A DNA stretch of 64,000 nt from an uncultured Candidatus Saccharibacteria bacterium (lineage in GTDB: Bacteria > Patescibacteriota > Minisyncoccia > Phycocordibacterales > JAACPR01), in contig CAYOAT010000001.1 of assembly GCA_964402215.1 (NCBI GenBank), positions 134,703 through 198,702 on the forward strand, read 5' to 3'. Of the stretch, positions 9,100 through 19,028 are shown one piece after another; the stretch's first letter is position 1, and each line of letters starts with the position of its first letter. The position numbers and the translations under genes are program-made. The notes below the pieces were generated by a model. The model searched no databases. It was not told where the DNA came from and saw only the letters and a list, made by a program, of their open reading frames with translations.

Positions 9100-10203
9100 T
9101 TACCTATTCATTGGCATAACGAGGTACAAGAAACTTCTGTCTGTTGTTCCTTGGATAACCATTGGTTTTTCTGAACCACAAAATCTAAGTACAATCCCGT
9201 CCGACTTTATAGAGGCAAAACAATCATTTATATATTTACTATTAAAACTTAATTTTAGACTGTCCCCTGTAATTCTAGACTTGATATTATTTTTTGTTTC
9301 ACCAATTTCGCTTGAATTCGATTCTATTTGGAAAATTTCGTCCTTTGGTGAGATTATAAAAGTCACCTGATTAAATTTGTCGGTGAAGACATTTGAGACA
9401 CGGAGACTTTGCTGAAGATCATCTTTTAGAACGCTAATTTCAGTTTTAACTTCTTTTGGAATTATTTGTCGGTAGTCAGGAAAAACACCGTCTATAACGC
9501 GTGAAACGATAGTAATTTCGCTTGATTCAATGATCACGCGGTCCTGTTCAAAACAAATTTCTATTTCTTCATCAACGTCCTCCAGAGTCCTAATAATTTC
9601 AATAACGTTTTTGTATGGAATAAGTATATTTTCAAATAAATCAACGTTTTTTACTGAGATTCGACTTTCTGCCAATCGGAATGAGTCTGTGCCGACAAAG
9701 ACCAAATCTCCATCGTCAGAAAATATATAAACACTTGATAACTCTGGTTTGATGCTAGATGTCGCAGTGCTGTACCACACAGAATTTAAACCTTTTATAA
9801 AGTCAGAAGAGCTTAATTTAAACTTTTTACCTGACTTTTCATCAGAAATCACAGGAAAATCATCAATAGGTTGGATATTTATGATTGTGTCGGTTGATTC
9901 GCTAGTTAAATGTATTTTTGTTCCATCTGTTTCAATCCTAATATTTGAATCGTGCTTTGGTAGATTAGAAAGAAACGAGTTAAGAATTGTTGCAGGCACT
10001 AAAACTTTACCAATGTCACTCCCTTTTGCCCTAACAATAATTTTAAGACTAATATCAAGATTGGTTGAATTGATTACCAGGTCATTTCCATCAAAATCAA
10101 ACATAAGACACGCTAAAGCAGGTAAAGTAGAATTCTTTGTTGATATCTTTTCTGCCTTGCTAATTGCTTTCACCAATCTTTCTTTATTAATCTCTAATTT
10201 CAT
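9100..10203 (-). CDS. dnaN: DNA polymerase III beta sliding clamp
   Basis: 367 aa, MKLEINKERLVKAISKAEKI... three-domain clamp pattern. Directly downstream of dnaA. Confidence 0.9.
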   Translation of the reverse strand: MKLEINKERLVKAISKAEKISTKNSTLPALACLMFDFDGNDLVINSTNLDISLKIIVRAKGSDIGKVLVPATILNSFLSNLPKHDSNIRIETDGTKIHLTSESTDTIINIQPIDDFPVISDEKSGKKFKLSSSDFIKGLNSVWYSTATSSIKPELSSVYIFSDDGDLVFVGTDSFRLAESRISVKNVDLFENILIPYKNVIEIIRTLEDVDEEIEICFEQDRVIIESSEITIVSRVIDGVFPDYRQIIPKEVKTEISVLKDDLQQSLRVSNVFTDKFNQVTFIISPKDEIFQIESNSSEIGETKNNIKSRITGDSLKLSFNSKYINDCFASIKSDGIVLRFCGSEKPMVIQGTTDRSFLYLVMPMNR

Positions 10204-10429
10204 TTTATATAAAAGTTATTTATTATTATTAGTCCTGTGGATTTGTTGATAACTTCAATTTCTCTATACCCTACTTCATTAAATTGATATTTTTTTTTAT
10301 GTAAACTGTGGAAAAAAGTTTATAAATATTTTTTTATGTTGATAACTTTTTTTAAAGTTATTTTTTATCCACAATTTTACAAACTTCTTCACAAACAAAT
10401 CCGACTTTACCCACAGCTTTTCCAGAACA
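10204..10429. promoter_or_regulatory. oriC: Candidate oriC: DnaA-box cluster plus AT-rich unwinding region in the dnaA-dnaN intergenic spacer
   Basis: One perfect TTATCCACA (10365-10373). Further 8/9 matches at 10244-10252, 10307-10315, 10337-10345 and 10407-10415, and a 7/9 match at 10236-10244. Long A/T runs lie between them. Confidence 0.55.
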
Positions 10430-11779
10430 TTACAGCATCGACCGGATTTGGGTTAGCTGTTGGGAAAGAGAGTTATCTGTTTTTAGATCATTTTTTATTT
10501 TTTCACAAGAATGAATAACAGTTGTGTGATCACGTCCTCCTAATTTATCGCCAATTGTTGGATAAGAAATACTAAAGTCTTCTCTGAGGATGTACATAAC
10601 AATTTGGCGAGGACGAACGACTTCTTTTCGGCGGGTTTTATCACAGACACTGTGTTCTTCTATATTAAAGAAGTTGGCAACGATTTTTATAAGTTCATTA
10701 ACTGAAATCATTTTTTTTGGTTTTGCACTATTCTTAATCAAATCCTTGATTTCATTGAATGATAGAGCCTTACCTTTTAATTGGGTTTGGCAGATAATCG
10801 AATTTACAGCGCCCTCAAGCTCTCTAATGTTTCCCTCTACAGCCTTGGCTATGTAATCAAAGGTTTCCTTGTCCAAACGGATGTTATTTTTCTCTGCCTT
10901 AGAGCGTAAAATTGCGATACGTGACTCGTGATCAGGTGCAGTGATATCAACCATCATCCCTTGATTAAAACGAGATTTTAATCGGTCTTCTAACCCCGGA
11001 ATGAAGTTTGGGTGTTTATCTGATGAAAAGATAATTTGTTTGTTGTTATCGTATAAAGTGTTAAACAAATGGAATAATTCTTCTTGGGTTTTTTCTTTAC
11101 CAGAAAGAAATTGAATATCGTCCATAATTAAAACATCATATTTTCTATATTTATCTTTGAATAGGCTGACTTTGTTTGTTTGAACGGCATTAATATATTC
11201 AACAGTAAATTTTTCTGAAGTTAAATAAAAAACTCTTTTGTCAGGATTTTGAGTTTTTATTGTGTTACCAACCGCTTGGACCAAGTGAGTTTTTCCGTTT
11301 CCTGTGTTTCCATAAATGAACAGTGGATTGTAAACAATTCCTGGTTGTTTAATCACGGCTTGTGAAGCAGCGTGAGCAAGTTCATTGAACGGACCAATAA
11401 TAAAATTATCAAAAGTGTATCGTGGATTTAAATTATCTTCTTTATTTATATAAAAATCTGCTAGAGGAAGTTCGTTTGATTGAGTTTTTGGCTTTATAAC
11501 GACTACTTTCTTTGATTTATCATTTTTACAAACAGTGAATTCCAAGGATCTGATCTCATTGGAAATATCACGAAGGGTTTTTAGGATGTCTTTATGAAAT
11601 TTACTGTTTAGCCAGTCTTTTACGAAGCTGTTGGGTACGCCGACATGCACTACCCCGTCATCTATTTTTGTTATAAAAGTGTCCTTGAACCAAGTATTGA
11701 AATTCGCTTTGGAAATTTGGTTTTCTAGGATGTTTAGTGCATCCTCCCAGATATTTTTTTGTTCAAATATTCCAGACAT
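10430..11779 (-). CDS. dnaA: Chromosomal replication initiator DnaA
   Basis: AAA+ Walker A GNTGNGKTHL. Sensor motifs. C-terminal DnaA-box-binding HTH (RPRQIVMYILRE...GGRDHTTVIH). Confidence 0.92.
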   Translation of the reverse strand: MSGIFEQKNIWEDALNILENQISKANFNTWFKDTFITKIDDGVVHVGVPNSFVKDWLNSKFHKDILKTLRDISNEIRSLEFTVCKNDKSKKVVVIKPKTQSNELPLADFYINKEDNLNPRYTFDNFIIGPFNELAHAASQAVIKQPGIVYNPLFIYGNTGNGKTHLVQAVGNTIKTQNPDKRVFYLTSEKFTVEYINAVQTNKVSLFKDKYRKYDVLIMDDIQFLSGKEKTQEELFHLFNTLYDNNKQIIFSSDKHPNFIPGLEDRLKSRFNQGMMVDITAPDHESRIAILRSKAEKNNIRLDKETFDYIAKAVEGNIRELEGAVNSIICQTQLKGKALSFNEIKDLIKNSAKPKKMISVNELIKIVANFFNIEEHSVCDKTRRKEVVRPRQIVMYILREDFSISYPTIGDKLGGRDHTTVIHSCEKIKNDLKTDNSLSQQLTQIRSML

Positions 11780-11888
11780 TTATTGTGTTTTAACGCTGAC
11801 TCATTATATACCCGAATGTAAATTAAAGAACTTGCTTAAAATTTTTAATTATGTTAAAAACATGTTGATAAGGTGTTAATAATTTTTT

Positions 11889-12023
11889 ATGTCAATTACA
11901 TATCAACCAAAAAAAAGAAAGCGATCAAAAACACACGGATTTTTAGTTCGAAGTCGAAGCCCTGGAGGTAAAAAGGTGTTAAAAAGCCGAAGACAGAAGG
12001 GACGAAAGCGAATTTCAGTCTAA
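11889..12023 (+). CDS. rpmH: 50S ribosomal protein L34 (44 aa; absent from the ORF track because it is under 60 aa)
   Basis: Translation [44 protein letters not shown] matches the bL34 consensus (MKRTYQPSKRKR.KTHGFR.RM....GR.VL..RR.KGR..L). Its stop overlaps the rnpA start as TAATG. Confidence 0.85.
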   Translation: MSITYQPKKRKRSKTHGFLVRSRSPGGKKVLKSRRQKGRKRISV

Positions 12024-12340
12024 TGTTTGCTAAAAAAAATAGAATATCTGCACTAGAAGTTCAAAAAATGTTCAGCAGTGACGTTAAAACGGCTCACTCT
12101 GAATTTTTTTTATTAAAGAAGAGATCAAATGATCTAGGATTATCAAGATTTGCGGTTTTAATACCAAAAAAAGTCTCCAAAACGGCAGTTCAAAGACACT
12201 TTGATAAAAGAATGGTTGTGTCGGCGATTCAAAAGGTTAATTATCCCGTTAGTTATGATTATGTTTTAACTTTAAAGAAAAGTATAAAAGAATCATCACT
12301 GGATGCAATAACCGCTGATTTGGTCAGAATTCTAATATAG
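12023..12340 (+). CDS. rnpA: Ribonuclease P protein component
   Basis: 105 aa basic protein immediately after rpmH. RLGLSVSKKV-like core (LGLSRFAVLIPKKVSKTAVQRHFDKR). Confidence 0.75.
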   Translation: MFAKKNRISALEVQKMFSSDVKTAHSEFFLLKKRSNDLGLSRFAVLIPKKVSKTAVQRHFDKRMVVSAIQKVNYPVSYDYVLTLKKSIKESSLDAITADLVRILI

Positions 12341-12357
12341 GGTATGATTTTATATAT

Positions 12358-13134
12358 ATGAAGGAAATATTCATCAACGTAGTCGTTCAGCCTTTTTACA
12401 ATGCCTTAATTTTATTAACTAATTTTGTTACAAGCGATTTGGGTATTGCTCTTATTATCTTAACTATAATTTTTCGTTTAGTTCTCTTCCCTCTTTACAA
12501 GAGTCAAATTAGAACGCAAATAAAAATGAATCAAATTCAGGAGCCTTTGAAAAAGATTCAAGAAAAATATAAAAATGACCGCGAGGCGTTGGGCAGAGAG
12601 ATGTTGAAACTTTATAAACAAAATAAAGTAAATCCGTTTTCTGGAATTCTTATTTTAATTATTCAGTTACCACTTCTACTTGGTTTTTATTATGTTTTTT
12701 CTAGAGCCGGATTACCAAACATTAACGAAAATCTTCTTTATTCATTTGTTCACTGGCCAGATAATTTGAGTACCGTTTTTCTTGGAATTATCGACATGAC
12801 TGGAAAAAGTTTACCTCTTGCAATAGCCGCTGCGGTCGCACAATTCTTTCAGATGCAGTTAATGCTTCCAAAAAAGAAAGCTGTTGATGAAACAAAGAAA
12901 ACCAACAATGTTTCGCCAGAGAATGTTATGAAAAGTATGCAAACACAAATGGCGTATGTCATGCCAGCAATGATGGGAATGTTTGCCTACACACTTGGTG
13001 CGATGCTGGGTCTATATTTTCTAGTCGGAAGTTTAATTTCTATTGGTCAAGAATTTTATATAAGAAAAAGTATAAAGGGTCCAGAAGAAGAACGCCTAAA
13101 GAAGGAAAAAGAATTGTCAGAGAAAATTATTTAG
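12358..13134 (+). CDS. yidC: Membrane protein insertase YidC (short Gram-positive-type form)
   Basis: 258 aa, five TM segments, conserved 60KD_IMP core. rpmH-rnpA-yidC synteny. Confidence 0.85.
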   Translation: MKEIFINVVVQPFYNALILLTNFVTSDLGIALIILTIIFRLVLFPLYKSQIRTQIKMNQIQEPLKKIQEKYKNDREALGREMLKLYKQNKVNPFSGILILIIQLPLLLGFYYVFSRAGLPNINENLLYSFVHWPDNLSTVFLGIIDMTGKSLPLAIAAAVAQFFQMQLMLPKKKAVDETKKTNNVSPENVMKSMQTQMAYVMPAMMGMFAYTLGAMLGLYFLVGSLISIGQEFYIRKSIKGPEEERLKKEKELSEKII

Positions 13135-14404
13135 TTATATCTAAACTCCACAAAGATAGGTCTTTTTTGTTTTGAAATAGTATATATTCTTCCTGTTCTG
13201 AAAGCTGGATGCCGTCAATATCAAATGCATATTTTGAAATAGATTCAAATTTTGATGTTGTGTTTAGGTCGAGATCAATTTTATATAGTTCATCTGTAAA
13301 TGAAACTGTTCCCTGGTACCACATGTCTGGGTATGGGCCAGCAGGCATCTTTCTTGGAACTGCACAATAAACCAGGTTTGTATTTTTTTTGCTCCAAACA
13401 CATTTTTCGGCAAAAGTTCTTAACCCAAAACCTTTTGTTTCGTTTGTTTTTAAATCAACAATACTTGTTGTAATAGAATCATTTTTATATTCAGAAACCA
13501 ACATTTTTGTTTGGTTTGAATTCTGATTTACAAGAAGTCCCAATCTGTCGTCTTGGATAATATTTAGCGAACCACTAACCGGGTCAAGAGAAAATGCAAA
13601 TCCTTCTGAGAAGTATGATGGTTTTGTTGTTAATATTATTTGTTTATTGACCCAATTTGCTAGCCATTCTGTGATCGCATAATCCATTATTAGTGTTTGA
13701 TTTTGTGGTGATGAACCATTGAATGTATATCCTTTGCCGTCCTTCGTATAAAAGAATTTATCTTCGGTTGGTGACTTTGTAATTGCCACTACATTTTTCG
13801 GTAAGAAGCTACCCTGTAGTAGTGAAAATGGGCTCTCGTTTTCTTCAGCAGTTGTAGTTGATGTTTTTGACAAAATTTTGGCGACAAATGTTTCTATGTT
13901 TTCGTTTGCATCAAGATATCTTAAAACAACTCCGTCCCCAGCGGTAAAAAATGATGCCTCATATACTTTAGGGACAGTCGTATTTGTAATTCTGTCGATC
14001 TTCAAACTATTTTCCGTTGTTTCAAAAACATTACCAGTTGCGCGGTCCACATATCTATAAATAGTCTCTGTTTGGTTTCGTTTAGACTCCGGAATATTTT
14101 CTTGGGATTGAGCAACTAATCTTTCAAAGGTTGTAAAACCCGAAATTGGAGAAGCGACGATTTGGCGAAGTGTCGGAATACTTTTTATTTCTTCCAAGCT
14201 AGTTGGAACACTTCCATCAGCAGTGTTTGTTGATGAACCTGTGTTATTTGACACTGGCAAAGTATATCCGTTATTTGTTGTGTCAATTTTTCCGTCAGAG
14301 TCGTTATCTACTGTTTTGTAGGATGAAATAATTAAATATCCAATAAATATTAATGCCAAAATTGTTACTGCTGCTAATATTTTTATTGCGGTTTTTCTTG
14401 TCAT
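13127..14404 (-). CDS. Membrane-anchored or secreted protein, last gene of the T4SS-like operon; beta-rich, function unknown
   Basis: N-terminal TM anchor (ILAAVTILALIFIGYLIIS), then a 400-aa hydrophilic Ser/Thr/Asn-rich domain. Confidence 0.5.
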   Translation of the reverse strand: MTRKTAIKILAAVTILALIFIGYLIISSYKTVDNDSDGKIDTTNNGYTLPVSNNTGSSTNTADGSVPTSLEEIKSIPTLRQIVASPISGFTTFERLVAQSQENIPESKRNQTETIYRYVDRATGNVFETTENSLKIDRITNTTVPKVYEASFFTAGDGVVLRYLDANENIETFVAKILSKTSTTTAEENESPFSLLQGSFLPKNVVAITKSPTEDKFFYTKDGKGYTFNGSSPQNQTLIMDYAITEWLANWVNKQIILTTKPSYFSEGFAFSLDPVSGSLNIIQDDRLGLLVNQNSNQTKMLVSEYKNDSITTSIVDLKTNETKGFGLRTFAEKCVWSKKNTNLVYCAVPRKMPAGPYPDMWYQGTVSFTDELYKIDLDLNTTSKFESISKYAFDIDGIQLSEQEEYILFQNKKDLSLWSLDITK

Positions 14405-14415
14405 GTTATTTTTTA

Positions 14416-14940
14416 CTAATCGGCCTCATTTGCAGAACCACCACCCGGCGGAGTAGGCGAAACATTCCCCCCTATTGGGCCTGCTGATGGAATGAATAGG
14501 CGCATTGAAGTAATTGAACTGTTAATTTGGTTCAAAATTAACCAGGATATTAGAGCAAGGATAAGACCAGCAATGGCTGATTGAATTTTAGTTAGACCTT
14601 CCTTTTTTTCGAAAACCGCGTCCGTTGTCATATATTGTATAGAACCTAGAACAATATATAGAATAGCAAGTACTAGTGCTATAACAATCATCCACTTGAA
14701 TACCTTTGCCAGAATTCCACCAGTTGAGTCGAAATCAGATTCAACAAAAAGACCATTGCCACTACCGGTATCAGTTAGTGGCACATAACTATCAAGAGCT
14801 TGTGCGGCTTGCTCATTCTGTGTCAAATTTTTAGTATCAGTATTCCCAAAATTAATAGTTATTAAAACCGAGATTAATATAACTAAAAAAGTTAGTGTGG
14901 CCGACACAAGCATTATTTTTTTATTAAGAATATTTATCAT
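14416..14940 (-). CDS. VirB2/TrbC-like pilin candidate
   Basis: 174 aa. Long N-terminal signal/TM, hydrophilic spacer, then two closely spaced hydrophobic helices (ILAKVFKWMIVIALVLAILYIVLG / IQSAIAGLILALISWLILNQI) and a Gly/Pro tail. This is the topology of T4SS pilins. Sits in the T4SS-like operon. Confidence 0.4.
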   Translation of the reverse strand: MINILNKKIMLVSATLTFLVILISVLITINFGNTDTKNLTQNEQAAQALDSYVPLTDTGSGNGLFVESDFDSTGGILAKVFKWMIVIALVLAILYIVLGSIQYMTTDAVFEKKEGLTKIQSAIAGLILALISWLILNQINSSITSMRLFIPSAGPIGGNVSPTPPGGGSANEAD

Positions 14941-14942
14941 AA

Positions 14943-16013
14943 TTAAAATCGTGAATCATTATTTTTATAATATTGTACCTCCGTTATTTTCGTAGCCTTT
15001 ATAAATGGGTTTGCAAGGTTATTAATGGTAACAGAAAAATATGCTGAACCGTTTGTATTTTCTTCGTTTGCAAAAACTATATAGTTTGCCGTATCTGATA
15101 TATTTAATTTTGTGATTCCTCTATACCACTCGTATCTCAAGTCCTTTAAAGCATTTTTATCAAAAAAGAACGGTGAGATATAAATTTTTATCTCGTCACT
15201 ATTCAACATAATTTTATCACTTAAATCTTTATTTGAAAAAATTCCAAGAGAAGGGCTATTCTCATAGAAAATAGGTAATGGTTTTATAAACCTAAAACTC
15301 TCGATTGTTTTATTGGTTATGCTCTCATTTACTACTTTAATTGAGACGGTAATCATTACTTCCGTGGTGTAATTTTCTGGTTTAAAATAGAGAATATTTT
15401 TTCCTGCTCCTGATGCCTGAATATTTGTTTCGCCGTTAATTCTCCATGTGAAAACTATATTATCGTCGTCAATTCTTTTTCTGTCATACCCGAGTAGGTT
15501 TGTGACGGCAACAAATTCGATCTGTGACCCTTTTGATGGGAGACGCTTGCCTTTATAAAATGGGAAAGTTGTTGTCTGTGCCTCGTAAAATATTGATAAT
15601 TCTGATGCCGATACAGTCTCAGTTGCAGTGTATTCCAAACCACGACTTTTTACCACAACTTTTACTTTTGTGTCCCCTCCGATATCACCTACTTTTGTAT
15701 TAATTTCTTTTAAGCCAAGTCCACTTGTAATCAATTTGTCATTAACATACCAAAATATTGTTGATTCATTAAGTGATAGAGATTGACTCTCAACAATAAC
15801 TGTCACTGGACTGTTAGGCGTAGGGTTTGATGGACTAAATAATAAATTAACAGATGGTTTTCTCATTTCAAGTGAAGAGGGTATCGAATCCCCGGAGTTT
15901 TCAACCGAGCTTGTATCAATATCAGTCCAAGTTGTTTGCGCCGACAGATTGAATATTGGTAAAAAACAAAAAATCAGTGAACTAAATAGTAATGTTAATA
16001 TAAAACGTTTCAT
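14943..16013 (-). CDS. Secreted beta-rich protein in the T4SS-like operon, unknown function
   Basis: Signal peptide MKRFILTLLFSSLIFCFLPIFNLSAQ, 356 aa. Confidence 0.5.
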   Translation of the reverse strand: MKRFILTLLFSSLIFCFLPIFNLSAQTTWTDIDTSSVENSGDSIPSSLEMRKPSVNLLFSPSNPTPNSPVTVIVESQSLSLNESTIFWYVNDKLITSGLGLKEINTKVGDIGGDTKVKVVVKSRGLEYTATETVSASELSIFYEAQTTTFPFYKGKRLPSKGSQIEFVAVTNLLGYDRKRIDDDNIVFTWRINGETNIQASGAGKNILYFKPENYTTEVMITVSIKVVNESITNKTIESFRFIKPLPIFYENSPSLGIFSNKDLSDKIMLNSDEIKIYISPFFFDKNALKDLRYEWYRGITKLNISDTANYIVFANEENTNGSAYFSVTINNLANPFIKATKITEVQYYKNNDSRF

Positions 16014-16072
16014 TAGTATAATTGTAACAAATCACCTACCTTTGTGAAATAGCTTATTAGTGTAATGGCAAA

Positions 16073-16471
16073 TTATACTTTCTTTGTGATAACCGCCTTC
16101 CCTATTTTTGCGACATCAGCCAAGTCGCCACTTGTGTCACCACTGTCTTCTTTCCATGTCTGTCTGATTGTCAGAATTACGCCAATAGTAGTTAGACAGA
16201 AATCAATGACAGGTATAGGTAGCAGTTCGCCAATACTACTAACCCAAAACTTTCCACCAGATTTTGGACTACTTAGTTTTATATTTGAAGCCATGAACCA
16301 AATAGAAAAACTGATAAGCGCAAAAATATCAGGAATATATGCTAATACAACTCCGACAAACGGTAATAAATCAAACAAAAACTCCATTAGATCAAAGAAA
16401 ATGGCCAACATCACCATGCTCGCGGCCGACATTTTCGAAATTCTTCTATATTTATCATTTTCTTGCGCCAT
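16073..16471 (-). CDS. Small polytopic membrane protein in the T4SS-like operon
   Basis: 132 aa, three hydrophobic segments. Co-directional and tightly spaced with virB4. Preferred over the overlapping + strand ORF 16065..16484. Confidence 0.4.
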   Translation of the reverse strand: MAQENDKYRRISKMSAASMVMLAIFFDLMEFLFDLLPFVGVVLAYIPDIFALISFSIWFMASNIKLSSPKSGGKFWVSSIGELLPIPVIDFCLTTIGVILTIRQTWKEDSGDTSGDLADVAKIGKAVITKKV

Positions 16472-16476
16472 CTTTT

Positions 16477-18360
16477 TTATTTAAACCCCTCCAAATCTTT
16501 TTGAATTTTTCTGACATTCGATTCTTGAGTAGAAACGTTTTGTGCAGAGTCGTGTAACATTTGTTTGTTTTTTCTAATATCCAAAACTTGCGCAGGGTTT
16601 GAAGTAATTAGTTGGTCTTCGGCATATGAACCAATAACTTTGATGGCTACGTGTTTTAACCCAGCAAAGAATATTCCCTCCCCGACATCTGATTCCAAGA
16701 GTAAATATTTTTCCTCGTCAGTTAAGTTGAAGGTTTTTTGGACAATATCAATTGATGATACAGATTGTTTCATCAACATTTGCATAGACGAGTTGCTGAT
16801 AATTGGAATTCCATACGGAGAATTCAAAAAGTCTTCAACGTCCTGGGTGATAGTTGAAAGACCTAGATAATATTTTCTTCCTCTTTTTGCCAAACTAAAC
16901 AAAAATGATGCAGTGTCTTCTGATTTCATCATCCACCAAGCCTCGTCGATAACAAGTAATCTTTTTCTGAGATCCTTTCTAATCGCGGTCCAAATATGGT
17001 GTGTGACCAAATACATCGCAATAGGTTTTAGCTCGTCCTCCATGTCTCGTAGAGAGAAAACAATAAAGTTTTTATTTATATCGACATTTGTTGGTTTGTT
17101 GATGAAACCTGACCAAGTTCCCTTTGTATATTTTGTCAGTTTTTGCGCTAAATTTTCCGCACCTTCCATACCACCCAGAACCAATTCAAAGTCAGTCATC
17201 ATTGGGGGTTCGATTTGTGAAAAATCAGATTCAGGCGTGATATCCTTTAAAGCATAAGTTTCTGAAATTGCACGGTCTATTATTGCATCTTCCTCTGGAG
17301 TCAAACCTCCGAACATTAATCTAAATAAACCAACAAGGTTTACAATGTTTGAACGTAAAACATCAGATGGTTGTTCATCTGGTCGTGGAGCCGGAATATC
17401 AAACGGATTAATGTGGTGATTTGAAGTTAAAGAAATATTAAAGAATCTACCGCCCGTTGCTTCGGCCATATATTCATATTCCCTTTCTGGGTCGATAACA
17501 ATAACTTCTACGCCAAACATTAGGGATCTTAGTATTTCAAGTTTTGTTGTATAAGATTTTCCTGCACCGGCCTTTGCAAATGTTACCGAATTATAATTTT
17601 CAAGTGAAAATCTGTCGAACAAAACGAGACCAGAATTGTGTCTGTTAATTCCATATAAAATACCCTTATCGGCGGTTAATTCGAATGAAATGAATGGAAA
17701 AATACTAGACAATGGCTCAGAATTTAATTTTGTATGTATACCAAGTAAATCTGTGGCAATTGGAATAATGCTCTTGAAACCCTCTTCCTGTTGAAAAACG
17801 GCCGGTTTTACATAAACTAATTTCGCTTCAAGAATTGATTTTATTTCAGATTCAACTTTATCAAGTTCGTCATCAGAACTACCATATATAGATAGATATA
17901 AACCAACGTCAAAAATCTTTTCTTGGGCTTGTTGTAGGTTGTCGCGCAATGTTTCAAGATCTCTAAATGCCGTGTCCAATTGTGGATCACGAACCAAGCC
18001 TTTCTCCATTCGCATATTAATTTGGCTTTCGACTTCCGCAACTTTTTTCTGGAACTGGCGCAAAATGACTGTGGTATCGATTGGGTGAACGAAAATTGAA
18101 ATATCAAAAACCTTGTCTAGGTTTATTATTGGAGAGAACCAATTGTCAGATAAAAATCTTGGATAAGAAATAACAAAAAAACTTCTAACAATTCTGTCAC
18201 CAAGGCTTAATTCACGAGGGGAAACTTTTAAAGCGGGAGGAGCAATAATATCCTTTAATTCCAAAACACCTGCCTCATAAATTTGCTGTGGTAAAAATGA
18301 AGTAATTTTTGGTGCTTCTGTTTTAGAACTTTTTCCTTTTATAAAATCTAATATTCCCAT
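16477..18360 (-). CDS. virB4: VirB4/TrbE/CagE-family T4SS ATPase (ATPase and middle domains)
   Basis: Walker A FAKAGAGKSYTTK. Walker B LLVIDEAWWMM. Conserved GLSTITQDVEDF C-terminal motifs. About 260 residues precede Walker A, i.e. the usual N-terminal domain is absent here and lies on the upstream ORF. Confidence 0.85.
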   Translation of the reverse strand: MGILDFIKGKSSKTEAPKITSFLPQQIYEAGVLELKDIIAPPALKVSPRELSLGDRIVRSFFVISYPRFLSDNWFSPIINLDKVFDISIFVHPIDTTVILRQFQKKVAEVESQINMRMEKGLVRDPQLDTAFRDLETLRDNLQQAQEKIFDVGLYLSIYGSSDDELDKVESEIKSILEAKLVYVKPAVFQQEEGFKSIIPIATDLLGIHTKLNSEPLSSIFPFISFELTADKGILYGINRHNSGLVLFDRFSLENYNSVTFAKAGAGKSYTTKLEILRSLMFGVEVIVIDPEREYEYMAEATGGRFFNISLTSNHHINPFDIPAPRPDEQPSDVLRSNIVNLVGLFRLMFGGLTPEEDAIIDRAISETYALKDITPESDFSQIEPPMMTDFELVLGGMEGAENLAQKLTKYTKGTWSGFINKPTNVDINKNFIVFSLRDMEDELKPIAMYLVTHHIWTAIRKDLRKRLLVIDEAWWMMKSEDTASFLFSLAKRGRKYYLGLSTITQDVEDFLNSPYGIPIISNSSMQMLMKQSVSSIDIVQKTFNLTDEEKYLLLESDVGEGIFFAGLKHVAIKVIGSYAEDQLITSNPAQVLDIRKNKQMLHDSAQNVSTQESNVRKIQKDLEGFK

Positions 18361-18365
18361 GATAA

Positions 18366-18986
18366 TTATTGTTTAGTTGGTGAATTAACTTCGCTTGGAT
18401 TGAATATTTTGTAATAAATTTCGATTATTTCTTCCGTTCCAAGGCGGGCGACGCGCACACCGCACCTACTAATTCCCTGTTTAACCACAGAAACTCTTTG
18501 CTCCAGCTGACTTCGACTTTCTTCAAAATCGTCAGCAACCTGTTGAACCTTTGTTTTTTTATTTCCGCCAAACATTTTGCTGCCTTTTGATAAGTTAAGT
18601 CCTGGCGGAGTATAAGGAATGACAATAAAAAAGTTTTTTGTCATTATATTTACACTTTCGGTAAAAGTTTTAATAAAGTTTATGTATTCTTTTGATTGAA
18701 TTCGAAGCAAATCATTTGTCTGCGATTTGGTTTTATCTTCCAACATCGCCAGATAGGGTCTAATATCAAGCTTTCTTGATTGTATAAAAATTTGAATTGT
18801 AAAATCTAATGAGTTAAGAAAATTTTGAAATTGAAAAATTATCGCTTCCTGTTCGTCCTGGGATTTTAAAGCAAAGTTAAGAGACGAGGTCATCATAATT
18901 GCGCGCATCGATCCATCTTTCAATATAGCAACGCCATCCCTGACCTCTTTTATTGGAACAAAATCTTGTGATGTTTTTGGTACCAT
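18366..18986 (-). CDS. Stand-alone VirB4 N-terminal (CagE_TrbE_VirB-like) domain protein
   Basis: 206 aa. ...VPIKEVRDGVAILKDGSMRAIMMTSSLNFALKSQDEQEAIIFQFQNFLNSL... aligns by eye with the VirB4 N-terminus (YLPYIGHLSDHIVLLEDGSIMSIARIDGVAFELEE...AFNTLFRNI). Stop is 5 nt upstream of the virB4 ATG in another frame. Confidence 0.5.
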   Translation of the reverse strand: MVPKTSQDFVPIKEVRDGVAILKDGSMRAIMMTSSLNFALKSQDEQEAIIFQFQNFLNSLDFTIQIFIQSRKLDIRPYLAMLEDKTKSQTNDLLRIQSKEYINFIKTFTESVNIMTKNFFIVIPYTPPGLNLSKGSKMFGGNKKTKVQQVADDFEESRSQLEQRVSVVKQGISRCGVRVARLGTEEIIEIYYKIFNPSEVNSPTKQ

Positions 18987-19028
18987 TTGAAATTATTATA
19001 CACTATATTATCTACACCCCTAAACTTG

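Noticed and set aside
9530-10249. + strand ORFs 9530..9730 and 9749..10249
   Set aside because: Antisense to dnaN, with low-complexity hydrophobic translation.
16065-16484. + strand ORF 16065..16484 (139 aa)
   Set aside because: Completely overlaps the minus-strand 132-aa membrane ORF, which is co-directional and tightly spaced within the T4SS-like operon. The minus frame has cleaner TM segments.
18366-18986. Treating 18366..18986 plus 16477..18360 as a simple sequencing frameshift of one virB4 gene
   Set aside because: No homopolymer or obvious indel context at the junction. Reported as a split needing read-level verification rather than called a pseudogene.
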